Program-made: the position numbers and the translations under genes
Shown here: one piece after another, positions 16,926 through 26,503 of the stretch
Layout: each line of letters starts with the position of its first letter
Position numbering within the stretch: position 1 is the stretch's first letter
Notes under the pieces: model-generated
The model's input: only the letters and a program-made list of their open reading frames with translations
The model's database searches: none
Told to the model about the DNA's origin: nothing
Assembly: GCA_040904625.1 (NCBI GenBank)
Contig: JBBDTC010000001.1
Coordinates: 32-41,298 of the forward strand
Origin: Gammaproteobacteria bacterium
GTDB lineage: Bacteria > Pseudomonadota > Gammaproteobacteria > Ga0077536
Direction of reading: 5' to 3'
DNA length: 41,267 nucleotides

Positions 16926-18674
16926 ATGAAAGCGACGAAAATCAATAATCTGTTGCCATTGCGCAATGCTGACTTCGATACGCTGGTCGAAGCCTTGGAA
17001 TACGCTGCCGAGGGTGATACCGGCTATAACTTCTACGACGGCAAGGGCGAACTGTTCGCGGTCCTGAGCTATGCAGATCTGCGCATCAAGGCACAGGCCC
17101 TGGGACGACGCCTGCTCGGGCTCGGCTGCAAGCGCGGCGCCCGCGTCGCCATCGTGGCTGAATCAGAACCGCTGTTCCATCTCTTTTTCTTCGCCTGCCA
17201 GTACGCCGGGTATATTCCTGTCGCTTTACCCGCGGGATTCCAGATCGGCGCGCGCAAGGCCTATGTCGAACAGCTCGAGCGCATGCTCGACAGTTGCGGG
17301 GCCGATCTCGCCGTTGCCCCCGAATCGCATGTGGCTTTCCTGCGCCAGGCCGTCGAACGGCTCGATCTGGTCAAGGCCGGCACGCCGGAGGAATTCGACG
17401 CCTTGCCGGAGCGCGATTGCGTGCTCGAACCGCTGCGCGCCGACGAAGTCGCTTATTTGCAGTATACGTCCGGCAGCACGCGCTTCCCGCGCGGTGTGGA
17501 GATCTCACAGCGAACCGTGATGACCAATTTGCGTGACATCGCCGTCCACGGGCTCAAAATCACGCGCGACGATCGCATGGTGGCGTGGCTACCCCTCTAC
17601 CACGATATGGGTCTGGTCGGTTTCGTGCTGCTGCCGCTGGGCAGCCAGCTTTCGGCCGATTACTTGAGCCCGCGCACCTTTGCCATGCGCCCGCGTTTGT
17701 GGTTGAAGATCATTTCCCAGAACCGCGGCACGATCTCTTCCAGCCCGCCGTTCGGCTATGCCCTGTGTGCCAAACGGCTGCGCTTGACCGATCAGGATCG
17801 CTACGACCTGAGTTCCTGGCGGGTGGCCTGTGTCGGCGCCGAACGAATCCACCCCGAACCGCTGCGCCAATTCGCCCATGTGCTCGCACCGGCCAAATTC
17901 AATCCCGACGCTTTCGTGGCCTGCTACGGCATGGCCGAATGCGCGCTGGCCATCAGCTTTGCCGAGCTCGGCACCGGCATCAGTGCGGTCAAGGTCGATA
18001 AGGAGCGTATGGCAACGACCGGCCAGGTCGAGTTGCTCGATACGAGTGCCAGTCGCGCGGAGGACAGCCTGATTTTCGTCGATTGCGGCAAGATACTGCC
18101 GAGCTTCGAGCTCGCAATCCGTGACGACAAGGGTAACGATCTGCCCGACTACCAATGCGGGCGTATCTGTCTGCGCGGCGCGAGCGTGATGAGCGGTTAT
18201 TTCCAGAATCCGACCGCCACTGCTGAAGTCCTTTCCGACGATGGCTGGCTCGATACCGGCGACATCGGCTACCGCTTCGGCGATCATGTGGTCGTCACTG
18301 CCCGTCGCAAGGACGTCATCATCGTCAACGGACGTAACATCTGGCCGCATGATCTCGAGTTCCTGGCGGAAAGCCTGCCGGGGGTACGCTTCGGTAATGT
18401 CTCCGCGTTCTCCTTCGCCGACGACAATGGGGCCGATCAGGTGGTTATGGTGGTCGAGTCGCGCGAAGTCAATCCGGCCAAGGCGCGCACCCTGATCGAC
18501 GATCTGCGCGCGCTCATCACCGCACATTTCGGCATTGCCTGCCATATCGATCTGGTGCCGCCGCGAACCCTGCCGCGAACTTCGTCCGGCAAGTTGTCGC
18601 GTTCCAAGGCCAAACAGGATTTTCTCGCACGTACGGCAGGCGTCGGCGGCAACCTCGCTGGCGCGCATGGGTGA
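16926..18674 (+). CDS. Fatty acyl-AMP ligase / acyl-ACP synthetase of the sphingolipid cluster
   Basis: YLQYTSGSTRFPRG, WLPLYHDMGLVG, CYGMAE, WLDTGDIG, LPRTSSGKLSR. Confidence 0.9.
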   Translation: MKATKINNLLPLRNADFDTLVEALEYAAEGDTGYNFYDGKGELFAVLSYADLRIKAQALGRRLLGLGCKRGARVAIVAESEPLFHLFFFACQYAGYIPVALPAGFQIGARKAYVEQLERMLDSCGADLAVAPESHVAFLRQAVERLDLVKAGTPEEFDALPERDCVLEPLRADEVAYLQYTSGSTRFPRGVEISQRTVMTNLRDIAVHGLKITRDDRMVAWLPLYHDMGLVGFVLLPLGSQLSADYLSPRTFAMRPRLWLKIISQNRGTISSSPPFGYALCAKRLRLTDQDRYDLSSWRVACVGAERIHPEPLRQFAHVLAPAKFNPDAFVACYGMAECALAISFAELGTGISAVKVDKERMATTGQVELLDTSASRAEDSLIFVDCGKILPSFELAIRDDKGNDLPDYQCGRICLRGASVMSGYFQNPTATAEVLSDDGWLDTGDIGYRFGDHVVVTARRKDVIIVNGRNIWPHDLEFLAESLPGVRFGNVSAFSFADDNGADQVVMVVESREVNPAKARTLIDDLRALITAHFGIACHIDLVPPRTLPRTSSGKLSRSKAKQDFLARTAGVGGNLAGAHG

Positions 18675-19641
18675 AACCGGGCGGGGCAGACCACATATCG
18701 TCCTGACCGGAGCGACGGGATTCATCGGCCGACACCTGCAGCGCACGCTGTGCGACAACGGCTACGACATCTCCGCTCTCGTTCGTCCAGGATCGGCCAA
18801 TACGGCCCACGTCCTGCCGGATGTGCGCGTCCGTCGCGGCGCCCTCGATGCCCCGGCCTTCCTCGATGAGGTCCTGAGCGGCGCTGATTTCGTCGTTTAT
18901 GCCGCTGGCGCGGTGCGCGGCCGCTGTGTCGACGACTTCTGGCCGGCGAATGTCGCCGGTGTTGCCAGCGTGGCCGCCGCCGCGGCACGAGTGATGACCC
19001 ATCCCCGCATCATCCTGATTTCCTCTCTGGCTGCCAGCAAGGCGCAGTTATCCGACTATGCCGCGAGCAAGAGAGCGGGTGAAGATGCACTGCGCGCTTG
19101 TGCCGGCATCGAGTGGACGATACTACGGCCACCAGCGGTCTATGGACCGGGCGATCGGGAGATGCGCCCGTTGTTTACCGCCATCAGACGTGGTCTCGCC
19201 GTCATCGTCGGCCCGCAAGGCCAGCGCCTGTCACTGCTCCATGCGGCAGACCTGGCGCGCGCCGTGGCTGCGATCATCGATGGTTTCGAGCACTGTGTGG
19301 GCGCCTGCTACGAACTCGATGACGGACATCCGCAGGGTTACGGCTGGGCGGATATCATCGCCCAGGCCAACAACGGCAGCCGTACCTTATCCGTGCGCAT
19401 ACCGCGTGCTGTTCTGGATCGACTGGCGCGCTGGAATGTCGCACTGCCGCACCGGCGGCGGCACTTGCCCATGCTGTCGCCGGGCAAGGTCCGCGAACTT
19501 TCCGAGCCCAGTTGGCTTTGCAATAATCAAGCGCTCACTGCGGCGACCGGATGGTTGCCGCGAATCCGTCTTCGTGAGGGCGTCGCGGAGCTGTTTGCCT
19601 CGCCACCGTCCGCAAGCCCGTCCGGCTGGAGCTCCCAGTGA
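18667..19641 (+). CDS. cerR: NAD-dependent epimerase/SDR family, putative ceramide reductase
   Basis: TGATGFIG, ISSLAA, YAASK, LRPPAVYGPGD; lies between the acyl ligase and ACP/spt as in the Caulobacter cluster. Confidence 0.75.
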   Translation: MGETGRGRPHIVLTGATGFIGRHLQRTLCDNGYDISALVRPGSANTAHVLPDVRVRRGALDAPAFLDEVLSGADFVVYAAGAVRGRCVDDFWPANVAGVASVAAAAARVMTHPRIILISSLAASKAQLSDYAASKRAGEDALRACAGIEWTILRPPAVYGPGDREMRPLFTAIRRGLAVIVGPQGQRLSLLHAADLARAVAAIIDGFEHCVGACYELDDGHPQGYGWADIIAQANNGSRTLSVRIPRAVLDRLARWNVALPHRRRHLPMLSPGKVRELSEPSWLCNNQALTAATGWLPRIRLREGVAELFASPPSASPSGWSSQ

Positions 19642-19886
19642 AACTCGATCATAGCGCCATAGTCGAAGAACTGATCCGGCTGCTCGAGGCAGCGTTGGGT
19701 CGGCGTCAGGCGATGTCTGCCGATACCGCCCTGATTGCCGATCTCGGGCTCGAATCCATCCAGGTCATCGAATACCTGTGCGAGGTCGAAGACCGTTTCG
19801 ATCTCGCGATTGACGAAGACACCCTGGCCGATGTCCAGACTGTCGGTGACTTGGCCGCGGTCGTGCAGCGGCTGCTGAACGGTTGA
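19638..19886 (+). CDS. Acyl carrier protein dedicated to sphingolipid synthesis
   Basis: 82 aa, acidic, DLGLESIQVIE phosphopantetheine serine motif, TVGDL; directly upstream of spt. Confidence 0.9.
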   Translation: MKLDHSAIVEELIRLLEAALGRRQAMSADTALIADLGLESIQVIEYLCEVEDRFDLAIDEDTLADVQTVGDLAAVVQRLLNG

Positions 19887-21095
19887 ATGTCCATGCGCTT
19901 GTTCGAAAAATTCAAAGCCGCCGAGACCACCCGGGCACTGCTCGAGGCGTTGCCGGTCAATCCGACCGGGGTCGTCATCGAAGAGGTATTGAGTGCAACT
20001 GAAGCAGTTGTGGGCGGGCGTCATACGATCATGGCCGGAACCAACAACTACCTCGGTCTGACGTTCGATGCGGCGGCGATTGCGGCAGGTCAGCAGGCGC
20101 TGGCCAAAGCGGGTACCGGAACGACCGGCTCGCGTATGGCCAACGGCACTTATCGTGCCCATCTCGAACTCGAAGCGGAACTCGCAGCGTTCTACGAGCT
20201 GCCTCATGCCATGGTGTTCTCGACCGGCTATGCAGCCAATCTCGGGACTCTGGTCGCCTTGCTCGGGGAAGGCGATGCGGTGCTGCTCGATGCCGAGGCC
20301 CATGCAAGTTTGTTCGACGGTTGCCGCATGAGCGGCGCCGATATCTTCCGCTTCAAACACAATGATCCCGACGGCCTGGCCAATCGCCTGCGGCGTCTGG
20401 GAGAGCGCGCGCAGAATGCGCTGATCGTGGTCGAGGGTCTGTACAGTATTCGGGGTGATTGCGCGCCGCTGCGCGAGTACGCCGCGGTCAAGGCCGAGTA
20501 CGGTGGTTATCTGTTCGTCGACGAGGCCCATTCGCTCGGCGTCTATGGCGATCGTGGGCGCGGCCTGGTTGAATCCGAAGGCATACTTGCAGAGACCGAT
20601 TTCGTTGTCGGTACGTTCAGCAAGAGTCTTGGCTCGATCGGTGGGTTTTGTGTCAGCCGTCATCCGGAACTGGCTCTTTTCCGCTATGCCAGCCGACCTT
20701 ACATCTTTACGGCATCGCCCTGCCCGTCAGTGATCGCGACCACCCGCGAAGCATTGCGCCGCATCGCCGAACAGCCGCAGCTTCGAGATCAGCTGTGGCG
20801 AAATGCGCGCTGCCTGTATACCGCGCTCGCCGGACTGGGGCTGCGACTGGGGCCGCATGTCAGCCCGGTCATCGGTATTTCATTTGCCGAGCGCGATGTT
20901 GCCTTGCGCTGCTGGCAGGGACTGCTCGAAGCAGGGGTCTATACCAATCTCATCCTTCCTCCGGCGGCGCCTGATGGCGGCAGCCTCATCCGCGTGAGTG
21001 TCACGGCTGCGCATACCGAGGCACAAATCGAGCGCATCATCAGCAGCTTCGAAAACGTCGTGCGGCAGCACGCGGCCGGCGGCTGTACAGTCTGA
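19887..21095 (+). CDS. spt: Serine palmitoyltransferase (alpha-oxoamine synthase)
   Basis: AGTNNYLGL, TTGSRMANGT, HASL, DEAHS, GTFSKSLG (PLP lysine); acp/cerR/bcerS context favours Spt over BioF. Confidence 0.85.
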   Translation: MSMRLFEKFKAAETTRALLEALPVNPTGVVIEEVLSATEAVVGGRHTIMAGTNNYLGLTFDAAAIAAGQQALAKAGTGTTGSRMANGTYRAHLELEAELAAFYELPHAMVFSTGYAANLGTLVALLGEGDAVLLDAEAHASLFDGCRMSGADIFRFKHNDPDGLANRLRRLGERAQNALIVVEGLYSIRGDCAPLREYAAVKAEYGGYLFVDEAHSLGVYGDRGRGLVESEGILAETDFVVGTFSKSLGSIGGFCVSRHPELALFRYASRPYIFTASPCPSVIATTREALRRIAEQPQLRDQLWRNARCLYTALAGLGLRLGPHVSPVIGISFAERDVALRCWQGLLEAGVYTNLILPPAAPDGGSLIRVSVTAAHTEAQIERIISSFENVVRQHAAGGCTV

Positions 21096-21107
21096 CTGCG
21101 GGACTCA

Positions 21108-21264
21108 GGGCCCGTCCCAGGATAACTCGGTTGTCTGGAACGCCGATCGATCCCGTCTGGCGGCGTTGCTCGTCAGTTGAATAGAACCACTATTCGCCCT
21201 CCTCGCGCCTTGCCAGCCGGGCGCCCCAACGCCCCAGACAACCGAGTCATTCTGGGACGGGCCC
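21108..21264. mobile_element. MITE family A, copy 2 (157 bp, inverted relative to copy 1)
   Basis: Long TIRs GGGCCCGTCCCAGGATAACTCGGTTGTCTGG / CCAGACAACCGAGTCATTCTGGGACGGGCCC; TCA direct repeat at 21105-21107 and 21265-21267. Confidence 0.92.
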
Positions 21265-22185
21265 TCAGCGAAACCCGCCGCGACGATAGAGTCGCCACAG
21301 CAATGGCCAGGCGAAGATCAGCGGGTGTCGTCGTTGCAGATCGGTCGCCTCCATATGAAGGCCGCTGTGGCGTTCGACCTTCCATAAGACGTAATCCAAT
21401 GGGTCATTGAAGGTGAAGGCAGCTTTGCCCAGGCGCAACACGGCAAGCAGCTTGCCGGCAATGCGGCGCCCGCTCCAAGCCAAGGCAGCGCGGCGCCGTG
21501 CAAACCCGGAGCGGGTATTGCGCCAGCCTCCCTCGTCACAGGCAATGAGTCCGAATTCTCCGGCGAGGCGTGCTGTCATCGCCTCGAGATGCTCGTGGTA
21601 GCAGGCGGTCAGTTCGGCGGCGCGTGAGGTGTCTTCACTACGCAATTCGCTGCCATAGGTCAGGGCGAATCCCCGGCGCCATAGCTCGGTGGTCGTGAAA
21701 CAGTCAGGCAGCATATCGAGGGTGGCGCTGAGCATACGCCGGCAGGCGTCGATACCCGCCTGCTGAACACGCTCGTGAACGGCTTCGTCACGTGCGTACA
21801 CGATGTCGAAGGGCTGCGCGAATCGTGACCAGAAATAGGTGTGAAAATCCGTGCCTATGGCGTGCTCGAATTGCTTCAGCGTGACCGTGGCGTATTTGGC
21901 CGCACACGCTGTAGCGTCGGCGCGGAGCACTAAATGATAGACATTCGGCGGCAGCAGACGGTTGGCCGCCGCCGCCGTGCGTGATTCCAGCGCTGAATAG
22001 TCATCCAGCAGGACATAGAAATCGAGCACGGTGTCGCGTTTGCCGCGCAGGTACGAACCATAGAGCACGATCGCCGCGACGCTTTCGCCGTAGCGCTCCT
22101 GGAAGGCGTTCGCATAGTGCGGCGGAGTGGGTGCAGACGACTGATCGCGGACGTCATGTAATGATGAGGGCGGCTTTTCGGTCAC
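21265..22185 (-). CDS. Nucleotidyltransferase-fold protein, Tam41/Mmp37-like
   Basis: LYGSYLRG..VLDFYV (Pol-beta NTase-like GS..D motif), AKYATVT and YFWSRFAQP resemble Tam41 motifs as recalled. GTG start at 22185 with GGAG upstream. Confidence 0.6.
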   Translation of the reverse strand: MTEKPPSSLHDVRDQSSAPTPPHYANAFQERYGESVAAIVLYGSYLRGKRDTVLDFYVLLDDYSALESRTAAAANRLLPPNVYHLVLRADATACAAKYATVTLKQFEHAIGTDFHTYFWSRFAQPFDIVYARDEAVHERVQQAGIDACRRMLSATLDMLPDCFTTTELWRRGFALTYGSELRSEDTSRAAELTACYHEHLEAMTARLAGEFGLIACDEGGWRNTRSGFARRRAALAWSGRRIAGKLLAVLRLGKAAFTFNDPLDYVLWKVERHSGLHMEATDLQRRHPLIFAWPLLWRLYRRGGFR

Positions 22186-22189
22186 GAAC

Positions 22190-23257
22190 TCAACTCCGCG
22201 TCGCCAGATACCGCACGCCATACAGCGCACTCGCCAGGACCACCAGGGCAGGGAGCAGGGCGGTCGGCCCTGGTGCCAGTTCGAACAGCAACGACAATTG
22301 CCCGGCTACCTGTTCGAAAAGGTAGAAGCCGACGCCTATGGCAGCACCGAGCACGACGCGAAGCCCGGTCGAACGTACGCGTACCGAGTTCAATACCAAT
22401 GGCAGCCCCAGCAGCAGCATGCCGGCGAGGGTAAATGGCACGCTGATCTGATGCCAGAATCGGGCCGAGTGCTCGCGAACGTCGAGACCTGACCCGCGGT
22501 TCTCACGCAGGTAGCGATAGAGGTCGAGCGGAGACAATGCGTGCAGCGGTGCTATCAGCGTGGAGATTTGTTCGGGCGAGAGAAAGCTCTCCCACGCCAG
22601 CTGTGGGAGCTGGCGAACAAGTACCTGATCGTGCTCGATGACCTTCTCCTCGACATCGTGCAGCAACCATTCTCGCGAACTGACGACGTCCGCTTTGGCG
22701 GCGCGAACGAGACGAACCAGGCGCGCCTCGGCATCGAGTTCGTAGAGTTCGATATCGCGTGGGATCCGGCCGAACTCCACACTGCCGACGCGAATGATGC
22801 GCCGCTCGTGCCGACTCCAGAATTCCGCGTCACCGAGGGCGGTGCGTTCCAGTGTGCGTGAGCGATACTCCTGCGCTTTGCGCTCTGCGGCGGGTATGAG
22901 GGCGTACTGGAACAGCACCACCGCCGCGATCAGCGCGGCCGCGATGCCGAGCAGGATGCGTGCGATGCGCCAGGTCGAGAAGCCCGCGGCACGGATGGCT
23001 GTCAATTCCTGGTGATTGGCCAACATGCCCAGACCCAGCATGGACCCGAGCAGTGCGGTCACGGGGAGCAAATCGACGATGCGTCGTGGGGTTGTGAGCA
23101 GGACGACGGCAACTGCATCGGCCCCGGTGTAGGAACCGCTGCCGACGTCTTCCAGCGCTTCGGTGAAGGCCATGAAGCTGAACAGTGTGAGCAGGATCAG
23201 CAGAACCGCGCCGGCGGCAAGGCAGAAATGGAAGCCGATGTAGCGCGCGAGAAGCAT
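22190..23257 (-). CDS. lptG: LptG-family permease
   Basis: LLARYI, LPVTALLGSMLGLGMLANHQELTAIRAAGFS; three N-terminal and three C-terminal TM segments around a periplasmic domain. Confidence 0.88.
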   Translation of the reverse strand: MLLARYIGFHFCLAAGAVLLILLTLFSFMAFTEALEDVGSGSYTGADAVAVVLLTTPRRIVDLLPVTALLGSMLGLGMLANHQELTAIRAAGFSTWRIARILLGIAAALIAAVVLFQYALIPAAERKAQEYRSRTLERTALGDAEFWSRHERRIIRVGSVEFGRIPRDIELYELDAEARLVRLVRAAKADVVSSREWLLHDVEEKVIEHDQVLVRQLPQLAWESFLSPEQISTLIAPLHALSPLDLYRYLRENRGSGLDVREHSARFWHQISVPFTLAGMLLLGLPLVLNSVRVRSTGLRVVLGAAIGVGFYLFEQVAGQLSLLFELAPGPTALLPALVVLASALYGVRYLATRS

Positions 23258-23260
23258 GTT

Positions 23261-24313
23261 TCAGAAACTCAACCGACGACGCGCGCCGAAAGCGACGACA
23301 AGAGCAAGGGCGAGCAGGCCTGGTGCCCACCACAAGGTCGCGACGGTTTCCTGTTCGACCCAGGTGCGCGCGACACCCAGGAAGTTGTAATAAATCGCAT
23401 AGATGCCGATTGCGAGAGGCAGCCGCGCAAAGCGGCTCTGCCGTGGCCGGTGATCGATCAGCATCAAAGCGGCCAGCGCGAGCAGCACTGTGGACACGGG
23501 CGTCGATAGCCGCCATTGGAGTTCTGCGCGATCATCAGGATCCTGGGAGTGGAGCAAAGCTCCGGTAGCCGCGGACTTGGTGCGATACTCCTCGTCAGTG
23601 CCAGTTTGTACGCGCAACGCCAGTGTCAGTTCGTCGAAGCGCCCGAGCACGTCCGGGGGCTGTTCGGAAGCCCTGAAGATGTTTGCGTCATGGAGCACCA
23701 GCCGATGCCGCGATGGTGTGACATGGCCGTGCAGATAACCGCGCGGTGCCGAGATGACTTCCAGGCCATCGGCCGTGCGGGTGCGAATGAATATGCCCTG
23801 CAAGGTCTGGCCGTTGTCGCGGATATCCTCGATATAAACGCTGCGGTTCTCCTCTTCGTAGATGTAGAACCGCTGTGGCTTGATCCGATCGAGCTCCGAT
23901 GCCGTTTCGGCGTGATCTTTCAAGGCAAACATGGCCTCGTACGTTTCTGGCCTGACGCCGATCGAGAGTATGGCGACAACAACGGCGAGTCCGATGGCGA
24001 GCATGATGAGAGGGCGGTAGAGGCGGCCCAGCGACAGGCCGCAGGCGCGCATTGCGGTTGTCTCACCATGTAAATTGAGCTTTCCGCACGCGACGATGAC
24101 ACCGAAAAAGAACGCCAGCGGCAGCAGAACCTCGAGTGCGATGATCGCTTTGTATACGGTCAGGCGCGCGACTTCGGGAGCGTTGAGCAAACCGCCTGCG
24201 GCGTCGGCGAGGAAGCGCGTCAGGCTATAGGCAAAGAAAATCACCGTCAGTATGATGGCCACCGTGGCAAAGCTCACACAGGTTTCCCGAACAAGGTAGC
24301 GATCGAGCAGCAC
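23261..24313 (-). CDS. lptF: LptF-family permease
   Basis: LLDRYLVRE, LLPLAFFFG..ETTAMRACGLS, AELQWRLSTP; tandem with lptG. Confidence 0.88.
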   Translation of the reverse strand: MLLDRYLVRETCVSFATVAIILTVIFFAYSLTRFLADAAGGLLNAPEVARLTVYKAIIALEVLLPLAFFFGVIVACGKLNLHGETTAMRACGLSLGRLYRPLIMLAIGLAVVVAILSIGVRPETYEAMFALKDHAETASELDRIKPQRFYIYEEENRSVYIEDIRDNGQTLQGIFIRTRTADGLEVISAPRGYLHGHVTPSRHRLVLHDANIFRASEQPPDVLGRFDELTLALRVQTGTDEEYRTKSAATGALLHSQDPDDRAELQWRLSTPVSTVLLALAALMLIDHRPRQSRFARLPLAIGIYAIYYNFLGVARTWVEQETVATLWWAPGLLALALVVAFGARRRLSF

Positions 24314-24428
24314 GGTGGGGGAACTCGGGCGGGAGAAAATGGCGATCAGCGATCAAAGCAGGCACTATGATGCGCACCGCTGCCGGCGAGCGCAACCGCT
24401 CGTGCATTTGCTGCTCGGTCTGATACTG

Positions 24429-24914
24429 GTGAAACACCGATTTTGCTGCGTTTCCTTGGGCCTGTTCTTGCCGATGATGGCCATTGCGGATGAACTGCCG
24501 CCGCTGCTGCCGCTGGACGATGTCGTTTTCATCAGCGCGCAGCAAGGACACCAGGGAATCGACCGAGACGAGTTCGAGGCCCGAGGCGCGTTACGAATGC
24601 GCGGAGCTCAATGGGCGATCTACGCGGATCACGCCAAGGTATACGGGCCCTTGCGCGACCCGGAATCGATCCGTGTTGCCGGCACGCCCGCTCGCATCGT
24701 CTATCATCGCAGCGGGGACGACGAACCGCTCGAGGGACATAGCGACATGCTGGAATTCGATCCGCGCCGGGATATCGTTCGGCTCGAGCGCGGCGCGAAG
24801 ATCGTCAAAGGGCGGCAATCAATCACCAGCGAAACCATCAAATACCTGCTCGAGCGAGATACCTTCACGGCGGGCTCCAGCGGGCGGGTCAAGGTCGTGA
24901 CGAAACCTCGCTGA
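24429..24914 (+). CDS. LptA/OstA-like periplasmic beta-jellyroll protein
   Basis: GTG start gives a signal peptide (MKHRFCCVSLGLFLPMMAIA); IYADHAKV, VAGTPARI, LERGAKIVKGRQSITSETIKY, GRVKVV match the LptA pattern; divergent from lptF. Confidence 0.72.
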   Translation: MKHRFCCVSLGLFLPMMAIADELPPLLPLDDVVFISAQQGHQGIDRDEFEARGALRMRGAQWAIYADHAKVYGPLRDPESIRVAGTPARIVYHRSGDDEPLEGHSDMLEFDPRRDIVRLERGAKIVKGRQSITSETIKYLLERDTFTAGSSGRVKVVTKPR

Positions 24915-24927
24915 ATCCGCCAGAACG

Positions 24928-25701
24928 CTACTCAGTGCTGGCGGTACGACGCCGGGCCAGGCGCCGGTTCCACTCGGCCAGATTGTGCAGCGGATCCTTG
25001 ACGTAGTGGCTGGCCTTCATCAGTCGCAGGATCCCTGCATTGACCCAGCGTCCCGTCCGGTCCATTGGCCGATCGATATCGATGAACAGTACTGCACGGT
25101 GCTCCGTCGTGTCATTGGCGACTTCGTGCTCGTAAGTATCATCGAAGAGCACGCAGGCGCCTTCGCGCCAATGGTAGATTTCCTTGTCGACACGAATCCA
25201 GCAGCGTTCGCGCGCAGCAGGTACGCGCAGGCCGAGATGGCAACGCACCAACGCTCGCGTCGGACCGCGGTGTGCGGGTATGTGATAACCAGGAGACAGG
25301 ATCGAGAACCAGGCATTGAGTAGCCCGGGTAGGGCGGCGAGCGCAGCGGCAGTCTGCGGGCATGCCGAACAATTCGGTTCCACGGGTTGGCCAAAGATGA
25401 AAAGCGCATACGTTTTCCACTGGTCCCCTTTCGAGATGCGGGCCTGGTCAGGCGATATCTGATGGAAGGCCGGAATGTCCTCGGGATGCGTCCACACCTG
25501 GTCGAACTCGGCGCGGATGCCCGGCCATGCCGCTTCCAGGCGCGGCACCCAGTCGAATGTCGAATTGGGCAGAAAAGGGGTTGTCGGGATCGAGGAATGA
25601 CGCGCCTGGAACTCCGTCAGCCGACGCAGGAAGCGTTTGCCAGCGCGATGCGCGGTGGTGCGGCGCCAACGCCGCCAGCGCGAAGGGGTGTCATTGTTCA
25701 C
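24928..25701 (-). CDS. Aspartyl/asparaginyl beta-hydroxylase family Fe(II)/2OG dioxygenase
   Basis: WFSILSPGYHIPAHRGP, CHLGL, WREG..FDDTYEHEVAND, RAVLFIDIDRP. GTG start overlaps the upstream stop. Confidence 0.88.
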   Translation of the reverse strand: MNNDTPSRWRRWRRTTAHRAGKRFLRRLTEFQARHSSIPTTPFLPNSTFDWVPRLEAAWPGIRAEFDQVWTHPEDIPAFHQISPDQARISKGDQWKTYALFIFGQPVEPNCSACPQTAAALAALPGLLNAWFSILSPGYHIPAHRGPTRALVRCHLGLRVPAARERCWIRVDKEIYHWREGACVLFDDTYEHEVANDTTEHRAVLFIDIDRPMDRTGRWVNAGILRLMKASHYVKDPLHNLAEWNRRLARRRTASTE

Positions 25702-26482
25702 AGAGTATCCTTTCGGCGAGAGCGAGATCGGCGCCGGAGTCGACGTCGACAGCCGCACGCGGATTGTCGATCACGACCCAGCTGATGTCAGCCCCGGTGC
25801 GTCGCGAGAGTTCGAGGAAGGCGTCGGCACGATCGAGCCTGCCGCTCAAATAGCGCAGCAGCGCGCCGCTCCCCAACTGCCGGGCGATACGCCACGGGCG
25901 CTTGCGGTTCGCTTCGACGCCTTGCCAGAATTCCAGGGCTGCAAGCGCCTGCGGGCTGCGCAGCAAGTAGAGGTTGGCGCCACAACAGGCGCCGTCGTGG
26001 AAGCGCAGCAGGGTCCGCCGTGATTCCGGCCATGCCGCTCGTATAAGGGCGTAGGGGACGATGCCGACGATCAGATCAGCCTGCAGGCTCAGCGCCTCAG
26101 TGCAGAAATGATCGATGAGTTCCGATGTCAACAGCGCGTGATCGCCTGCCGTCAATAAGAATGGATAACGGTCGAGGTGTCGTGCGGCATCGAGCGCGCT
26201 CGCCGAAGGTCCTGCTGCCGGCTCCCGCCAGGCGAAATCGCCTGCATCGAGCAAGCGGCTGATGACGGCCGAGCCATCGACGACCTCGTGCGCAGGGCCG
26301 ACCAGCAAACCGCCGTCGATGCAGCGACTCGAACGCAGTGCGCCGATGACATGTTCGAGGCAGGTTTGCCCGGCAAGCTCCACGAGGACGCCGGCCGCTA
26401 CGCCACGAGAACGGGCCAGTGCGCTGCCGCCCGGGCGCTCGCCGGCGAGTACGATTGCCGGCATGGTTCGGTCCGCACTCAT
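25691..26482 (-). CDS. MobA-like nucleotidyltransferase (CpgD-like)
   Basis: AIVLAG, LLTAGDHALL, CGANL, RKRPWR, AVDVDS; sphingolipid cluster context. Confidence 0.75.
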   Translation of the reverse strand: MSADRTMPAIVLAGERPGGSALARSRGVAAGVLVELAGQTCLEHVIGALRSSRCIDGGLLVGPAHEVVDGSAVISRLLDAGDFAWREPAAGPSASALDAARHLDRYPFLLTAGDHALLTSELIDHFCTEALSLQADLIVGIVPYALIRAAWPESRRTLLRFHDGACCGANLYLLRSPQALAALEFWQGVEANRKRPWRIARQLGSGALLRYLSGRLDRADAFLELSRRTGADISWVVIDNPRAAVDVDSGADLALAERILCEQ

Positions 26483-26503
26483 CGTTTGCACCGGGCGGAT
26501 CGT

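Noticed and set aside
19887-21095. Annotation as BioF (8-amino-7-oxononanoate synthase)
   Set aside because: No other bio genes nearby; ACP, SDR and bCerS context points to Spt.
21177-21410. Repeated small ORF MNRTTIRP (also 3960-4289)
   Set aside because: Translation of the family A MITE, not a gene.
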